NCBI GenBank assembly: GCA_017525875.1
Contig: JAFXSG010000048.1
Span: 1,856 to 65,855 of the forward strand
Length of the DNA: 64,000 nt
Source: Clostridia bacterium
GTDB taxonomy: Bacteria; Bacillota; Clostridia; Christensenellales; CAG-138
Reading direction: 5' to 3'
Below are positions 16,930 to 25,661 of the stretch, one piece after another (within the stretch, counting starts at the first letter, position 1; each line of letters starts with the position of its first letter). A model generated the notes under the pieces. That model was given only the letters and a program-made list of their open reading frames with translations. It made no database searches and had not been told where the DNA came from. The position numbers and the translations under genes were made by a program.

Positions 16930-18363
16930 TTACGCTTCCGAAGTGCCGTTTTCGTCCGAAATGATGCGCACGATGCGGACCTCTTCGCCGGTCGTGGCGT
17001 CCATATAGACGAGGTATTCGTTTTCCATAAAGCTGCCGCGGAACTCCCAGCAGAGCTTTTCCGAAAAGTCGTCCATCGGGATCAGCGCGAGTCGTGACGA
17101 GCTCACCGAGAGATACGGCGAAAGGTTCGCCTGCGCCTGTTCGGCCGCCGTGACGTCCGCGAAGCTGCGCTCGGTATGGTTCATGAGGCACTTCGAGGCG
17201 TCCGCGCCGATGATATCGCCCGTCGCCGTGTCGAACCTGAGGCGGACCGCGTCGTTCATCATGATGACGCTCGGCTCCTCCTCCCCGTCCGCGAGCGCAT
17301 GGCCGAGCCCCTGCGTGCAGCAGCAGCTCACGACGACGCTACCGTCATAGGTCGAGTGATAGGTCGGCTCCGCGTGCTCATAGCCGAGAGCGCGGAGGAA
17401 CTCAAGCCCCTTGGTCTTGAGCGTTCCAAGGTCCTGCTCCGCCGGCGCCGTTTCGCGCGCGCCGTACAGCCGGAAATACACGAGCTGCCCGCCCTGCGCG
17501 GCGAGGGCGATATCGGCGGTCCTGCCGTCCGGCAGGACGAGCGCGAGGTCATAGCGCGGGTAACCGGCCTCGACGCGGGCAAGGCTCTGCGCAGTGATTT
17601 GCTCCGCCGCGCCTTCGTCGCCGAGCGCGAGCGCGACGAGCTCCTTTGCCTTCGTTTTCACCTCGTCCTCGCTCAGCTCGTCGCCCGAAACGCCGAGCGC
17701 TTGCCGGTTCTCAGCCGAGTCCGAATACGGGCCGTTGTAGTCGAGCTTCGGATACTCCGCGTTCTCCCCCGCCGGCTCCGCGTAGAACCGCTCCGCGTCG
17801 AGCGCCGTGAGTGGGATATTCCCTCCGGCGAGCCTGTTTTCAAGCTCCGTACAGATCTTTTCGCTCGCGTCGACGAGCGACAGGATCTGTTTGCGGTCGT
17901 TCTCCGTTAGCGGCTTCCCGCCGAGCACGGACGAGGAAAGCGAGCGGCAATAGTCCCCTGTCTGAACGATCAGGCGGTTCAGCGCGGCGTTCTCCGCGTG
18001 CGCCGAGGGGATGCGGCCGAGCAGCGCCGTGATCGCGCCGCTCTCGCGCCAGACGCCGTCCAGCGAAAGGGCGAGCGTCGAAGGCGCCTCGGAGAGCACG
18101 AGCTTTGAAAGCTCCGCGTTGAGTTCGCGCACCGAACCTGCGAGCTCCGTATAGGCCTCGCGGCAGACGTTTTCGTTCACGGCCCGCAGTTCCTCCGCCT
18201 CGCGGTGACGGTCCGCCGCCCAGAAGCCCATCGCGATGAGCCCGGCAAGGAGCACCATGGGCACGGCGAAAAGCGCCAGCGTCACCGGCGCGGCAAAGCC
18301 GCGGAACATGCCCGGAAAATGGCTGTTCCGTTTGGTTTTTTTGTTGTTGTTTTCGTCTTCCAT
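16930..18363 (-). CDS. ypeB: Germination protein YpeB-like
   Basis: N-terminal TM anchor followed by a long extracytoplasmic region. It lies immediately downstream of sleB (11-nt gap), the conserved sleB-ypeB arrangement in spore formers. Confidence 0.6.
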   Translation of the reverse strand: MEDENNNKKTKRNSHFPGMFRGFAAPVTLALFAVPMVLLAGLIAMGFWAADRHREAEELRAVNENVCREAYTELAGSVRELNAELSKLVLSEAPSTLALSLDGVWRESGAITALLGRIPSAHAENAALNRLIVQTGDYCRSLSSSVLGGKPLTENDRKQILSLVDASEKICTELENRLAGGNIPLTALDAERFYAEPAGENAEYPKLDYNGPYSDSAENRQALGVSGDELSEDEVKTKAKELVALALGDEGAAEQITAQSLARVEAGYPRYDLALVLPDGRTADIALAAQGGQLVYFRLYGARETAPAEQDLGTLKTKGLEFLRALGYEHAEPTYHSTYDGSVVVSCCCTQGLGHALADGEEEPSVIMMNDAVRLRFDTATGDIIGADASKCLMNHTERSFADVTAAEQAQANLSPYLSVSSSRLALIPMDDFSEKLCWEFRGSFMENEYLVYMDATTGEEVRIVRIISDENGTSEA

Positions 18364-18374
18364 ATTCGTCTCCG

Positions 18375-19052
18375 TCAGCAGAACGCGTGGTTGCCGATCG
18401 TGAGGATGACGGGCCGCGAGAGCATCCAGCGGCTCGTCGCGGTCCTCGGGTTATAATAATACAGGCAGCCGTAGGTCGGATCCCAGCCGTTCATGGCGTC
18501 GCGCGCGGCGTTGATGCTCTCCTGATCCGGCGAAAGGTTTATCTGCCCGTCGCTGACCGCGTCGAACGCGCCGCTTTGGTAGATCACGCCCGCGACCGTG
18601 TTCGGGAAGGAAGCGCTCTTCACCCTGTTCAGCACGACCGCCGCGACCGCCACCTTGCCCTTATAGGGTTCGCCGCGGGCTTCGCCGTGCACGAGCCTCG
18701 CAAGGAGACTGAGGCTGCCGCTCGACGCGCCTGCGCCGGAGCTTCCCGCCGGGCTGCTTCCGATACTCATGCCGAGCGCGGCTGCGGTCTTTGCGCCGAC
18801 GATGCCGTCCACGGTGAGACCGTTTTTCTTTTGGAACAGGCGCACGGCCTTTTCCGTGCCCGCGCCGAAGACGCCGTCCACCGCGCCTGTGTAGTACCCC
18901 CAGCGTTTGAGCCTTGTCTGCAGCTCGCGCACGAGCTGGCCCGTGCTGCCGCGGCGCAGCGTGTCCGCAAAGGCCGTGCCCGCAAGGAACGCGCACACGG
19001 CGATCGAAGCGGCGATGATGAGCGCAATTACTGTTTTCTTTCGCTTGTTCAT
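18375..19052 (-). CDS. sleB: Spore cortex-lytic enzyme SleB
   Basis: Signal/TM segment, then a peptidoglycan-binding domain (LRRGSTGQLVRELQTRLKRWGYYTGAVDGVFGAGTEKAVRLFQKKNGL). The Hydrolase_2 catalytic region is LLARLVHGEARGEPYKGKVAVAAVVLNRV...FPNTVAGVIYQSGAFDAV. Confidence 0.85.
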   Translation of the reverse strand: MNKRKKTVIALIIAASIAVCAFLAGTAFADTLRRGSTGQLVRELQTRLKRWGYYTGAVDGVFGAGTEKAVRLFQKKNGLTVDGIVGAKTAAALGMSIGSSPAGSSGAGASSGSLSLLARLVHGEARGEPYKGKVAVAAVVLNRVKSASFPNTVAGVIYQSGAFDAVSDGQINLSPDQESINAARDAMNGWDPTYGCLYYYNPRTATSRWMLSRPVILTIGNHAFC

Positions 19053-19058
19053 ATTCTC

Positions 19059-19709
19059 TTATTCTTCCTCGTTTTCTTCGGGGATAAGGCGGCTTTCCCC
19101 GCCGGTGATCAGCCTCCACAGCTTTACGATCAGGCTTTCAAAGCGGACCTTCGTCTCCGGCTCCGTCCGCGCCGCGCCGCTGTCTGTAATGCAGAGCGGC
19201 GGGAACAGTATGCACCACCAGTTCCGGCCTTTGGCTTCCCCCAGCAGGATCCGGAGCGCGCGGTAGCTGCCCGCGGGGTACAGCACGCCGCCGTACTCCC
19301 GGTCCGGGAAATCGAAATCACCGATGAGGAGCTGCGCGCCATAGTCCGCTCCCTGCTCGCCAAGCTCCTTTTCGACCGTTTCGAGCAGGCCGGAGCCGTC
19401 CCTGAGGAGCGCGTTCTCCGCGGCAAACGCGGTCGCCGCCGTGCCCGTGCGCCGCTCATAATCGAGCACCGCGTCCCGCACGGCGAGCTTGACGCGCTGA
19501 TCCTGTTCGGAATCGCTGTTCGCGATCACGTGCAGGCGAAGCACCGATCCGTCCGTGAGCGGGGAATAGACAGCCGTTTGCCGTTCCTTTTTAAACGTGC
19601 CCGCGAGCAGAGCCGCGCACGGCACGGCGCTTGCGGTGATGAAAGCCGCGGTAAGCACGGCCGCGATGATGATGACCGTTTTCTCAAATCTTGATGCGTA
19701 TCTGTGCAT
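19059..19709 (-). CDS. spoIIR: Stage II sporulation protein R
   Basis: Contains LRLHVIANSDSEQDQRVKLAVRDAVL, the characteristic SpoIIR motif. The start is at 19709, preceded by a GGAGGA RBS. Confidence 0.8.
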   Translation of the reverse strand: MHRYASRFEKTVIIIAAVLTAAFITASAVPCAALLAGTFKKERQTAVYSPLTDGSVLRLHVIANSDSEQDQRVKLAVRDAVLDYERRTGTAATAFAAENALLRDGSGLLETVEKELGEQGADYGAQLLIGDFDFPDREYGGVLYPAGSYRALRILLGEAKGRNWWCILFPPLCITDSGAARTEPETKVRFESLIVKLWRLITGGESRLIPEENEEE

Positions 19710-19810
19710 TTGTTCCTCCTTCCGCCGGGCGGCAGGCCGCCTCGTAAGGTTAGTGTTGACAAGCCGGGAAAAATTATGCATACTTATACCATCGTATCTG
19801 CCCGAAAGAG

Positions 19811-20719
19811 GTGTTGAAAACGAACAGGATCAAGCGCATCGCGCTGCGTGCATTCGCTAAAATAAATCTGACGCTCGAGGTGCTCGGCGAGAGGCCGGAC
19901 GGCTATCACGAGCTGCGCACCGTCATGCACAGCATCGGGCTTTTCGACACGGTCACGGTCACGGTCGAGCCGTTTTCGGGCCCGGACCGCTATATCCGCG
20001 TGCGCGCAAACGAGCCCCTCCCCTTCCGCAATACCGCCCGCCGCGCCGCGGAGGCGTACTTTGCGGCGGCGGACAGGCTTTGCCCGGAAAGCGTTTGCGG
20101 CCTTGCCGTTTCGATCGATCTTGAAAAGGGCATACCCTCGGAAGCCGGGCTCGGCGGTGCGAGCGCGGACGGAGCAGCGGTGCTCTTCGCGCTCGAAAAG
20201 CTGATCGGAGCGCTCGGGACCGAGAAACTGTATGAGATTGCCCCGTCCATAGGCGCGGACGTGCCGTTCTGCCTGCACGGCGGCTGCGCGCTCTGCGAGG
20301 GCATCGGCGAAAGGCTGACGGACTGTCCGGCGGCAGAGCTTCCGCTTCTCATAGTGAAGGGCGAGCGCGGGGTCTCGACCGGCGCGCTGTTCCGTGCCCT
20401 TCCCCCCGCCGCCGAAAAAGCAGGCGCGCCGTCTGCCGATATGCTCGAAGCGCTACGCAGCGGTGACGCCGAAGCCGTTTCGGGGCTTTTGATGAACGAC
20501 CTCGGGTCCGCCGCAGAGCAGGTCGCTCCGGAGATCGCCGAGTATCGCACAAGGCTGCTTGAAGCCGGTGCGGTCGGCGCGCTGATGAGCGGGAGCGGGT
20601 CGTCGGTCTACGGCATTTTCAGCAGCCTTGAAGAGGCGGAAGCCGCGCTCCGCGCGTTTCCCGATCTGCCGTTTCGCGCGGTCTGCGAAACGAAGGACAG
20701 GCCGTTTGAGGAAGTGTGA
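19811..20719 (+). CDS. ispE: 4-diphosphocytidyl-2-C-methyl-D-erythritol kinase
   Basis: Shows AFAKINLTLEVLGERPDGYHELRTVM and the GHMP kinase motif GIPSEAGLGGASADGAAVL. The start is non-ATG (GTG/TTG near 19811). Confidence 0.85.
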   Translation: MLKTNRIKRIALRAFAKINLTLEVLGERPDGYHELRTVMHSIGLFDTVTVTVEPFSGPDRYIRVRANEPLPFRNTARRAAEAYFAAADRLCPESVCGLAVSIDLEKGIPSEAGLGGASADGAAVLFALEKLIGALGTEKLYEIAPSIGADVPFCLHGGCALCEGIGERLTDCPAAELPLLIVKGERGVSTGALFRALPPAAEKAGAPSADMLEALRSGDAEAVSGLLMNDLGSAAEQVAPEIAEYRTRLLEAGAVGALMSGSGSSVYGIFSSLEEAEAALRAFPDLPFRAVCETKDRPFEEV

Positions 20720-20744
20720 AACGCGGCTTTCTGTGTCCGCCATA

Positions 20745-20771
20745 AAGCGGGCGGCAGATTGCCGCCCCTAC
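20745..20771. repeat. REP-like hairpin repeat, family 2
   Basis: AAAGCGGGCGGCAGATTGCCGCCCCTAC, downstream of ispE. Confidence 0.8.
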
Positions 20772-20838
20772 TGAAAACTTAATATTTTGCAGCAAAAAGC
20801 GCCTGCCGCGAAGCAGACGCTTTTCGTTTCGATTAGGC

Positions 20839-21504
20839 TTATTTGTTCTTTTTCTTTTTGGCTGCGATGACGATGCCGGCAACGAGCGCGGCTTCGGCAA
20901 GTGCGATCAGGAAATACAGCAGGAGCTTTCCGGCGCTTTTCTTCGGCTCGGGCGCGGGCTCCGGCTCCTGCGTCGCGTTCGGGTCGGCGGTCGGAGCGGG
21001 TTCGATGCCGGTGTTCTCGTTGACGCGGTAGATGCCGGAATACGCGGAGTCGAACTCCTCGATGTATTCATTCGTGTTCGGATCGAACTGCTCCACGCAG
21101 TAGCAGCAGCGCAGCTCCAGCATGGTCGAACGCGGGATTATCTCGCCGTCCTCGGCGATGCTGACGACGTAGGCGCGGACGTCGCCCGCGTGTGCGCCGG
21201 TCTGGCTGGTCCAGAGCACTGCCCATTCCTCCTCGCCCTGGATGCGGGCTTCGGTGCGGACTGTGACGCTGCCGCCGGCAGCCTCGATCGCGGCGATGTC
21301 CTCCTCAAGCTGAGCGGGGATCTTGAGCGAGAACTGCAGTACGGGGTTATCCTCAAACTCCTCCTCGAGCATAACGAGGCTGCCCACCTCCGGCGCGGGC
21401 ATGGTTTCCTGCGTGTACGGCAGGTGAGACCCGCCTGCAAGAGCGGCGCAGCAGGTCAGCGCGGCGATCAAGAAAACCGAGACCAAAAGAGCTGTTTTTT
21501 TCAT
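20839..21504 (-). CDS. Secreted protein with C-terminal TM anchor, unknown function
   Basis: AAGAGGA RBS. Signal peptide MKKTALLVSVFLIAALTCCAALAG. C-terminal LLLYFLIALAEAALVAGIVIAAKKKKNK. Confidence 0.65.
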   Translation of the reverse strand: MKKTALLVSVFLIAALTCCAALAGGSHLPYTQETMPAPEVGSLVMLEEEFEDNPVLQFSLKIPAQLEEDIAAIEAAGGSVTVRTEARIQGEEEWAVLWTSQTGAHAGDVRAYVVSIAEDGEIIPRSTMLELRCCYCVEQFDPNTNEYIEEFDSAYSGIYRVNENTGIEPAPTADPNATQEPEPAPEPKKSAGKLLLYFLIALAEAALVAGIVIAAKKKKNK

Positions 21505-21542
21505 TTTGATGATCCTCTTTCTTTTATTTTGAAGCAGATCCG

Positions 21543-22136
21543 TCACTCTGCCGATACGTTGATCACGAGGCAGCAGGCGATGTTTCCCCTGCAGCTGATG
21601 AGCAGGTCGTAAATGCCCGGCGCGGCTTGGGCGGGAACGGTGACGCCTCCGACAAAGCCCTCTTCACCCGGCGCATCGAGCTTTTCGAGCGCAAGCTTTT
21701 TCAGGAACGCAGGGCCGCCGCCGACGCCGTTGTAGCTTTCCGGCGCGGAATGCGGGACGAGGGTGACGCTGGAATCGGAGAACGCGTCGGCAGAGAACTC
21801 CCCGCTGATGAAGATCGAGATGCGTTCGCCCGTCAGGAAATCGCTGCGGATCCCGCTTGTGGCGAGGGCAAGGCCGTTGCTCTTTTCGACCTTGTCTCCG
21901 TCGAGCCTGGCGCCGGTTATATCAAAGCCCTTGTATTCATGGATGTAGCAAAGCTTGCCCAAAAGCTCGGCAGCTTCTATCTCGGCCTTGTGCGGGTCCT
22001 CAGTCGCAGGCGGAGCGGCGGTCGTGCGGCTGTCGGCCGGGGGGACGTTCTCCCCGTTGTTTTCGATCACCGCGCAGGCGGTGAATACGCTTATCAGCAG
22101 CGCGGCGGTCAGGGCCGCGGCAAGCAGTTTTTTCAT
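21543..22136 (-). CDS. Lipoprotein, unknown function
   Basis: MKKLLAAALTAALLISVFTACAV, a lipobox-like signal. Confidence 0.6.
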   Translation of the reverse strand: MKKLLAAALTAALLISVFTACAVIENNGENVPPADSRTTAAPPATEDPHKAEIEAAELLGKLCYIHEYKGFDITGARLDGDKVEKSNGLALATSGIRSDFLTGERISIFISGEFSADAFSDSSVTLVPHSAPESYNGVGGGPAFLKKLALEKLDAPGEEGFVGGVTVPAQAAPGIYDLLISCRGNIACCLVINVSAE

Positions 22137-22152
22137 AGAATAAGCCCTTTCG

Positions 22153-23121
22153 TCAGTTGATTTGAACGTTCACGGGTTCGAACGGCTCAAAGACGGCGTC
22201 CTCGCCGTAGCCGCTCTGCCTGCAGCCGTAACAGGTCAGCAGCCCGTCAGAGTTCAGGATGAACACGCGGCGCAGCGGAGAACGGTCGGCACACTCCGTC
22301 ACCCACTCCGCGGTAAGGTCCGTCCTGTTCCAAATGGAATCGGCCTCCGCGTCGTGCGTTACGGAAGCGGAAGTGGGCTTGCCGGCGTCCCAGTCGATCT
22401 CGTACACGGTCTCGGAATAGCTGTATTCGCGGATCACGCCGTCTTTCATCGTCACGAGAGCGCGGCAGGTCAGGCTTTGGAGCGCATACACTCCGCCGCC
22501 GAGTGCGACGCATTCGCAGAAATCGATCACGCTGCCGTTCGTTTCGGAGCGGTATCGGATCGAACCCTCGCTGTATTCGCAGCTGTCCTCGTAGCTGAAG
22601 ACGCTGCCGTCCTCCAGCTCGTCCGAATAGCAAACGCGGTAGCTGCCCGGTGCGGCGAGCGTGTATTCGACCCCTTCATAGCCGAAATCGCCGTACGAGT
22701 TCTGAACGAACGCGGCATCCATACCGTCGCAGAAGCCGGCGGTGAGCTCCATGCCCATCGAGATGAAGGGGATCACGGGGTTGAAATAGGCGGCGTCCTC
22801 CTCGGCGAGGCCGGGCTCGCGTTCCTCAATCGCCTGTTTTGCGGCGGCAAGATCCGCCGAAACGCGGGCGGTCAGCGCGGGGACGAGCTTTTCTTTGTAG
22901 AAGGCATAGGTCTCCGCATAGTCGGCCGGCGTTTTTTCCGGCGCTCCAGCAGGCGCGGCGGTCGCGGCGGGTACGGAAGTTGCAGCGGCCGCAGTGGGCT
23001 CCGCCGTGAGCGGAACGGCGGTCGGCGCGGCAGAATTGCCCGTATCCGTCGGCACGGCAGCATTGCACGCGGTCAGCGCGCAGAGAAGCGCGGCGAGAAC
23101 GATTACAGCAAGTCTTTTCAT
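22153..23121 (-). CDS. Lipoprotein, unknown function
   Basis: GGAGG RBS. MKRLAVIVLAALLCALTACNA (lipobox), then an A/T/P-rich linker. Confidence 0.65.
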   Translation of the reverse strand: MKRLAVIVLAALLCALTACNAAVPTDTGNSAAPTAVPLTAEPTAAAATSVPAATAAPAGAPEKTPADYAETYAFYKEKLVPALTARVSADLAAAKQAIEEREPGLAEEDAAYFNPVIPFISMGMELTAGFCDGMDAAFVQNSYGDFGYEGVEYTLAAPGSYRVCYSDELEDGSVFSYEDSCEYSEGSIRYRSETNGSVIDFCECVALGGGVYALQSLTCRALVTMKDGVIREYSYSETVYEIDWDAGKPTSASVTHDAEADSIWNRTDLTAEWVTECADRSPLRRVFILNSDGLLTCYGCRQSGYGEDAVFEPFEPVNVQIN

Positions 23122-23318
23122 GCGTAAGACCTCCGGGTTTATGTGTGGGCGAATGCGGCAGTCCGCATCGCCGGGAGCCATGCCAAAGCATATTCATCCA
23201 ATATTGCATTTTAGCATAACGCATAATAAAATGCAACGGTTTTCGGGACCTCTCGGCAGGATTTTCAGCCCGTCGCCCAACGGCGCTCAAGAAAACAATA
23301 TCCAAATTCCGTTTTATG

Positions 23319-23347
23319 TTGCACGGCGCTGTTTTCTATGCTATAAT
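23319..23347 (+). promoter_or_regulatory. Sigma-A-type promoter of the small-ORF/ncRNA/RT cassette
   Basis: TTGCAC (23319-23324), 17-nt spacer, TATAAT (23342-23347). Confidence 0.6.
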
Positions 23348-23368
23348 GGCCGCAAAGGAGGTGTTTTT

Positions 23369-23875
23369 ATGAGCATTTTTTCCAAGATCATTAAAAACAT
23401 AGTCAATGCAGTGGAGCAGCAGGCAAATGAGCTGAAGCCCGAAAAGCCCGAGAAGCCGTCCAGCGTAACTATCGGAGGCATGACCATCGGCGGCGGGCAC
23501 GTTGACAACGTGGTCTGCGACGCTCCCGAAAGCGGCTTCTCCTGGGGGCCGAATATGCCCGCCGAGGAGAACCAGTTCAACTATAAAGGCACCTATAAGC
23601 AGTATTTTGAGAACGTTTTCAAAGAAGCGTTCCCCGAATACGGGATCGTCCGCACGGATCTTGAAAACCGCGACGCGTCGACCTTCGCCTTCTTCATGGG
23701 CGAAACCAAGGTACTGGTCGTGGAGGTCATGAGCGACCGCAGCAGCGCTCAGAGGATCCGCCGCGAGTGCAGGGCGAACGGTATCCGCTATCTGCGCTAT
23801 TACCACAACCACCACGGCTGGTGGAACACCAAGGCCTACGTTATCGAGCGCACGGGGAATGCGCTGAACGGCTGA
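23369..23875 (+). CDS. Hypothetical 168-aa protein upstream of RT (candidate accessory/effector)
   Basis: AAAGGAGG RBS 8 nt before the ATG at 23369, so the longer 22994 start is rejected. No family recognised. The C-terminal half (TFAFFMGETKVLVVEVMSDRSS..RIRRECRANGIRYLRYY) vaguely resembles small endonuclease-like folds (weak inference). Confidence 0.7.
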   Translation: MSIFSKIIKNIVNAVEQQANELKPEKPEKPSSVTIGGMTIGGGHVDNVVCDAPESGFSWGPNMPAEENQFNYKGTYKQYFENVFKEAFPEYGIVRTDLENRDASTFAFFMGETKVLVVEVMSDRSSAQRIRRECRANGIRYLRYYHNHHGWWNTKAYVIERTGNALNG

Positions 23876-23887
23876 GGTTCAATTCGC

Positions 23888-24030
23888 AAAAACAGAAAGA
23901 GAACGCATTGCGCCTGCGGCGGGTCCGGCACGGGTCGTATGTATATGTGCTTCGCAGGCAGCCTGCCCGTGTACGATCTTGTACGGCCCAATAATTAATT
24001 GGGCCTTTAAGGATTTCTCTTTCTGTTTTT
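23888..24030 (+). ncRNA. Candidate structured RT-associated non-coding RNA (retron msr-msd-like / DRT-type template RNA)
   Basis: A perfect 16-bp inverted repeat, AAAAACAGAAAGAGAA (23888-23903) / TTCTCTTTCTGTTTTT (24015-24030), encloses 111 nt. The enclosed segment has internal hairpins: GCAGGC-A-GCCTGC at 23954-23966, and GGCCCAAT-AATTA-ATTGGGCC at 23985-24005. It lies between a stop codon and the RT start. Confidence 0.45.
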
Positions 24031-24060
24031 CTTATGCAAAAAACACGATCCGAGGCAAGC

Positions 24061-25302
24061 ATGAGCCTTCTTGACAGGCTGAAAGACCCTGCCGAATGGC
24101 AGTCGTTTTATGAATACAGGTGCGCGCGGCATCTCCCGAAGCAAAAGGCGCGGGAGCTTGCTTCGTTTATCGAAAACAAAGAATACCTGCCGGTTTGCGA
24201 GCGGATCCGCTCCGGCGCGCGCTTTCCCCTGCCGAAAAAAACGGTCATAAGCAAATCCGGTTCAAGCAAGAAGCGCGTTGTGTACACCTACCCACGCGCC
24301 GAAAACAACGTGCTGAAGCTTTTAACGCACCTGATCCTGCGCAAGTACAACGGCATATTCGACACGGGGCTTTATTCCTTCCGCCCCGGGCGCAGCGCGA
24401 AGGACGCCGTCGAAAGGCTGATGCGCATCCCGTGCATCGGAGAGATGTATTCCTACAAGGCGGATATCAGCAATTACTTCAATTCGATAGACATTTCGCT
24501 GCTGCTGCCGCTTCTCGGCGGGGAAATGGCGGACGATCCGGAGCTGCTTGCGTTCCTCAGGGCACTGCTTTCGGAGCCGAACGTGCTTTTTCGTGGGGAG
24601 GAGCTTTGTGAGCAGAAGGGCATCATGGCCGGCACTCCGCTCGCGTCGTTCTTTGCGAACCTGTTCCTGAGGGAACTCGACCACCGCTTTTACGAGCACG
24701 GGGCGATCTATTTCCGCTACTCGGACGACATCATCGTTTTCGCGCGGACGCCCGAGCAGCTTGCCGAATACGTTGAAGAGATCAAGGCTTTTCTCTCTAA
24801 AAAGCGCCTCGCGATCAACCCGAGCAAGGAGTTTTACAGCCGCCCCGGGGAAAAATGGACGTTCCTCGGTTTCTCCTACCTGAACGGCAAGGTGGACATC
24901 GCTCCCGTGTCGGTCGATAAGATCAAGGGCAAGATGCGGCGCAAGGCCCGCGCGCTCACCCGCTGGCAGCAGCGCAGGGGGCTCGGCGGAGAGAAGGCGG
25001 CGAAGGCGTTCATCCGCGTTTTCAACCGCAAGCTTTTTGAATACACGGACGAAAACGACATGACGTGGACGCGCTGGTTCTTCCCGGTCATCTCCACCGC
25101 CGAAAGCCTGCGTGAGATCGACCGCTACGCAGAGGACTGCATCCGCTTTATCATCAGTGAAACGCACACGAAAGCCAGATTCAACGTCCGCTATGAGGAT
25201 ATGAAAAGGCTTGGTTTCCGCAGCCTCGTGCACGAATACTACGCCTCGATCGCCAAGCCCGAAGAGGCGAAAACGCCGCCCGAGGGGGAAGATCCGGCGT
25301 AG
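24061..25302 (+). CDS. Stand-alone reverse transcriptase (group II intron-like palm/fingers, no intron ribozyme)
   Basis: RT motifs: KRVVYTYPRAENNVLK (1), YSFRPGRSAKDAV (2), YKADISNYFNSID (3), GIMAGTPLASFFANLFL (4), YFRYSDDIIVFA (5, YxDD box), and LAINPSKE..WTFLGFSY (6/7), followed by a thumb-like C-terminus. The ATG at 24061 is preceded by GAGG; the alternative ATG at 24034 has no RBS. Confidence 0.85.
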   Translation: MSLLDRLKDPAEWQSFYEYRCARHLPKQKARELASFIENKEYLPVCERIRSGARFPLPKKTVISKSGSSKKRVVYTYPRAENNVLKLLTHLILRKYNGIFDTGLYSFRPGRSAKDAVERLMRIPCIGEMYSYKADISNYFNSIDISLLLPLLGGEMADDPELLAFLRALLSEPNVLFRGEELCEQKGIMAGTPLASFFANLFLRELDHRFYEHGAIYFRYSDDIIVFARTPEQLAEYVEEIKAFLSKKRLAINPSKEFYSRPGEKWTFLGFSYLNGKVDIAPVSVDKIKGKMRRKARALTRWQQRRGLGGEKAAKAFIRVFNRKLFEYTDENDMTWTRWFFPVISTAESLREIDRYAEDCIRFIISETHTKARFNVRYEDMKRLGFRSLVHEYYASIAKPEEAKTPPEGEDPA

Positions 25303-25361
25303 GCTGCGGCGCGGAAAAGCGCACTTGCGGAAGAATCTGCAAAATTAACGGATTTTGCATC

Positions 25362-25390
25362 TTGCTTTTTTCGGAGCCGGGTGCTATAAT
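25362..25390 (+). promoter_or_regulatory. Sigma-A-type promoter of tRNA-Val
   Basis: TTGCTT, 17-nt spacer, TGcTATAAT. Confidence 0.55.
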
Positions 25391-25400
25391 ACTCGGGCAC

Positions 25401-25477
25401 GGGGATGTGGCTCAGCTGGTTAGCGCGCTTCGCTCACATCGAAGAGGTCGGGGGTTCGAGTCCCTCCATCCCCACCA
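25401..25477 (+). tRNA. tRNA-Val (anticodon CAC), CCA encoded
   Basis: Folded into a cloverleaf by hand: acceptor GGGGATG/CATCCCC; anticodon stem CTTCG/CGAAG with loop CTCACAT; T arm GGGGG-TTCGAGT-CCCTC; discriminator A plus CCA. There is one D-stem mismatch. Confidence 0.85.
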
Positions 25478-25536
25478 AAAAACAAGAGGTCCATTTGGGC
25501 CTCTTGTTTTTTGCATTATATAAAAGGGACTCGAAG
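25478..25536 (+). repeat. 59-bp direct repeat, copy 1 (includes the tRNA terminator hairpin)
   Basis: AAAAACAAGAGGTCCATTTGGGCCTCTTGTTTTTTGCATTATATAAAAGGGACTCGAAG, identical to 26283-26341. Confidence 0.9.
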
Positions 25537-25641
25537 CCCGTCGCGAAATGATCCGGTGGATCGTTTTGCAGGGCCGATTTTTCGATGCAGGGCGAGAAGG
25601 CGGCGGTGTGAGCCGACTTCGAGACCCGATGCGCGAAAAAT

Positions 25642-25661
25642 GAGTCCCTCCATCCCCACCA
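25642..25661 (+). repeat. Duplicated 3' end of tRNA-Val (att-like scar)
   Basis: GAGTCCCTCCATCCCCACCA, identical to 25458-25477. Confidence 0.85.

Noticed and set aside
22994-23368. Long N-terminal extension of the ORF upstream of the RT
   Set aside because: It overlaps the 5' end of the divergent lipoprotein gene and the promoter. The strong RBS/ATG at 23369 fits far better.
23369-25302. RT as a diversity-generating retroelement (DGR)
   Set aside because: The segment between the ORF and the RT has no similarity to the 3' end of the upstream ORF (no TR/VR pair with adenine-specific differences). The RT also lacks the typical DGR motif-4 SQ signature.
23880-25400. RT as part of a mobile group II intron
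   Set aside because: Only about 185 nt lie upstream and about 60 nt downstream before the tRNA promoter. I found no GUGYG 5' end and no domain V-like hairpin, and there is no space for ribozyme domains I-III.
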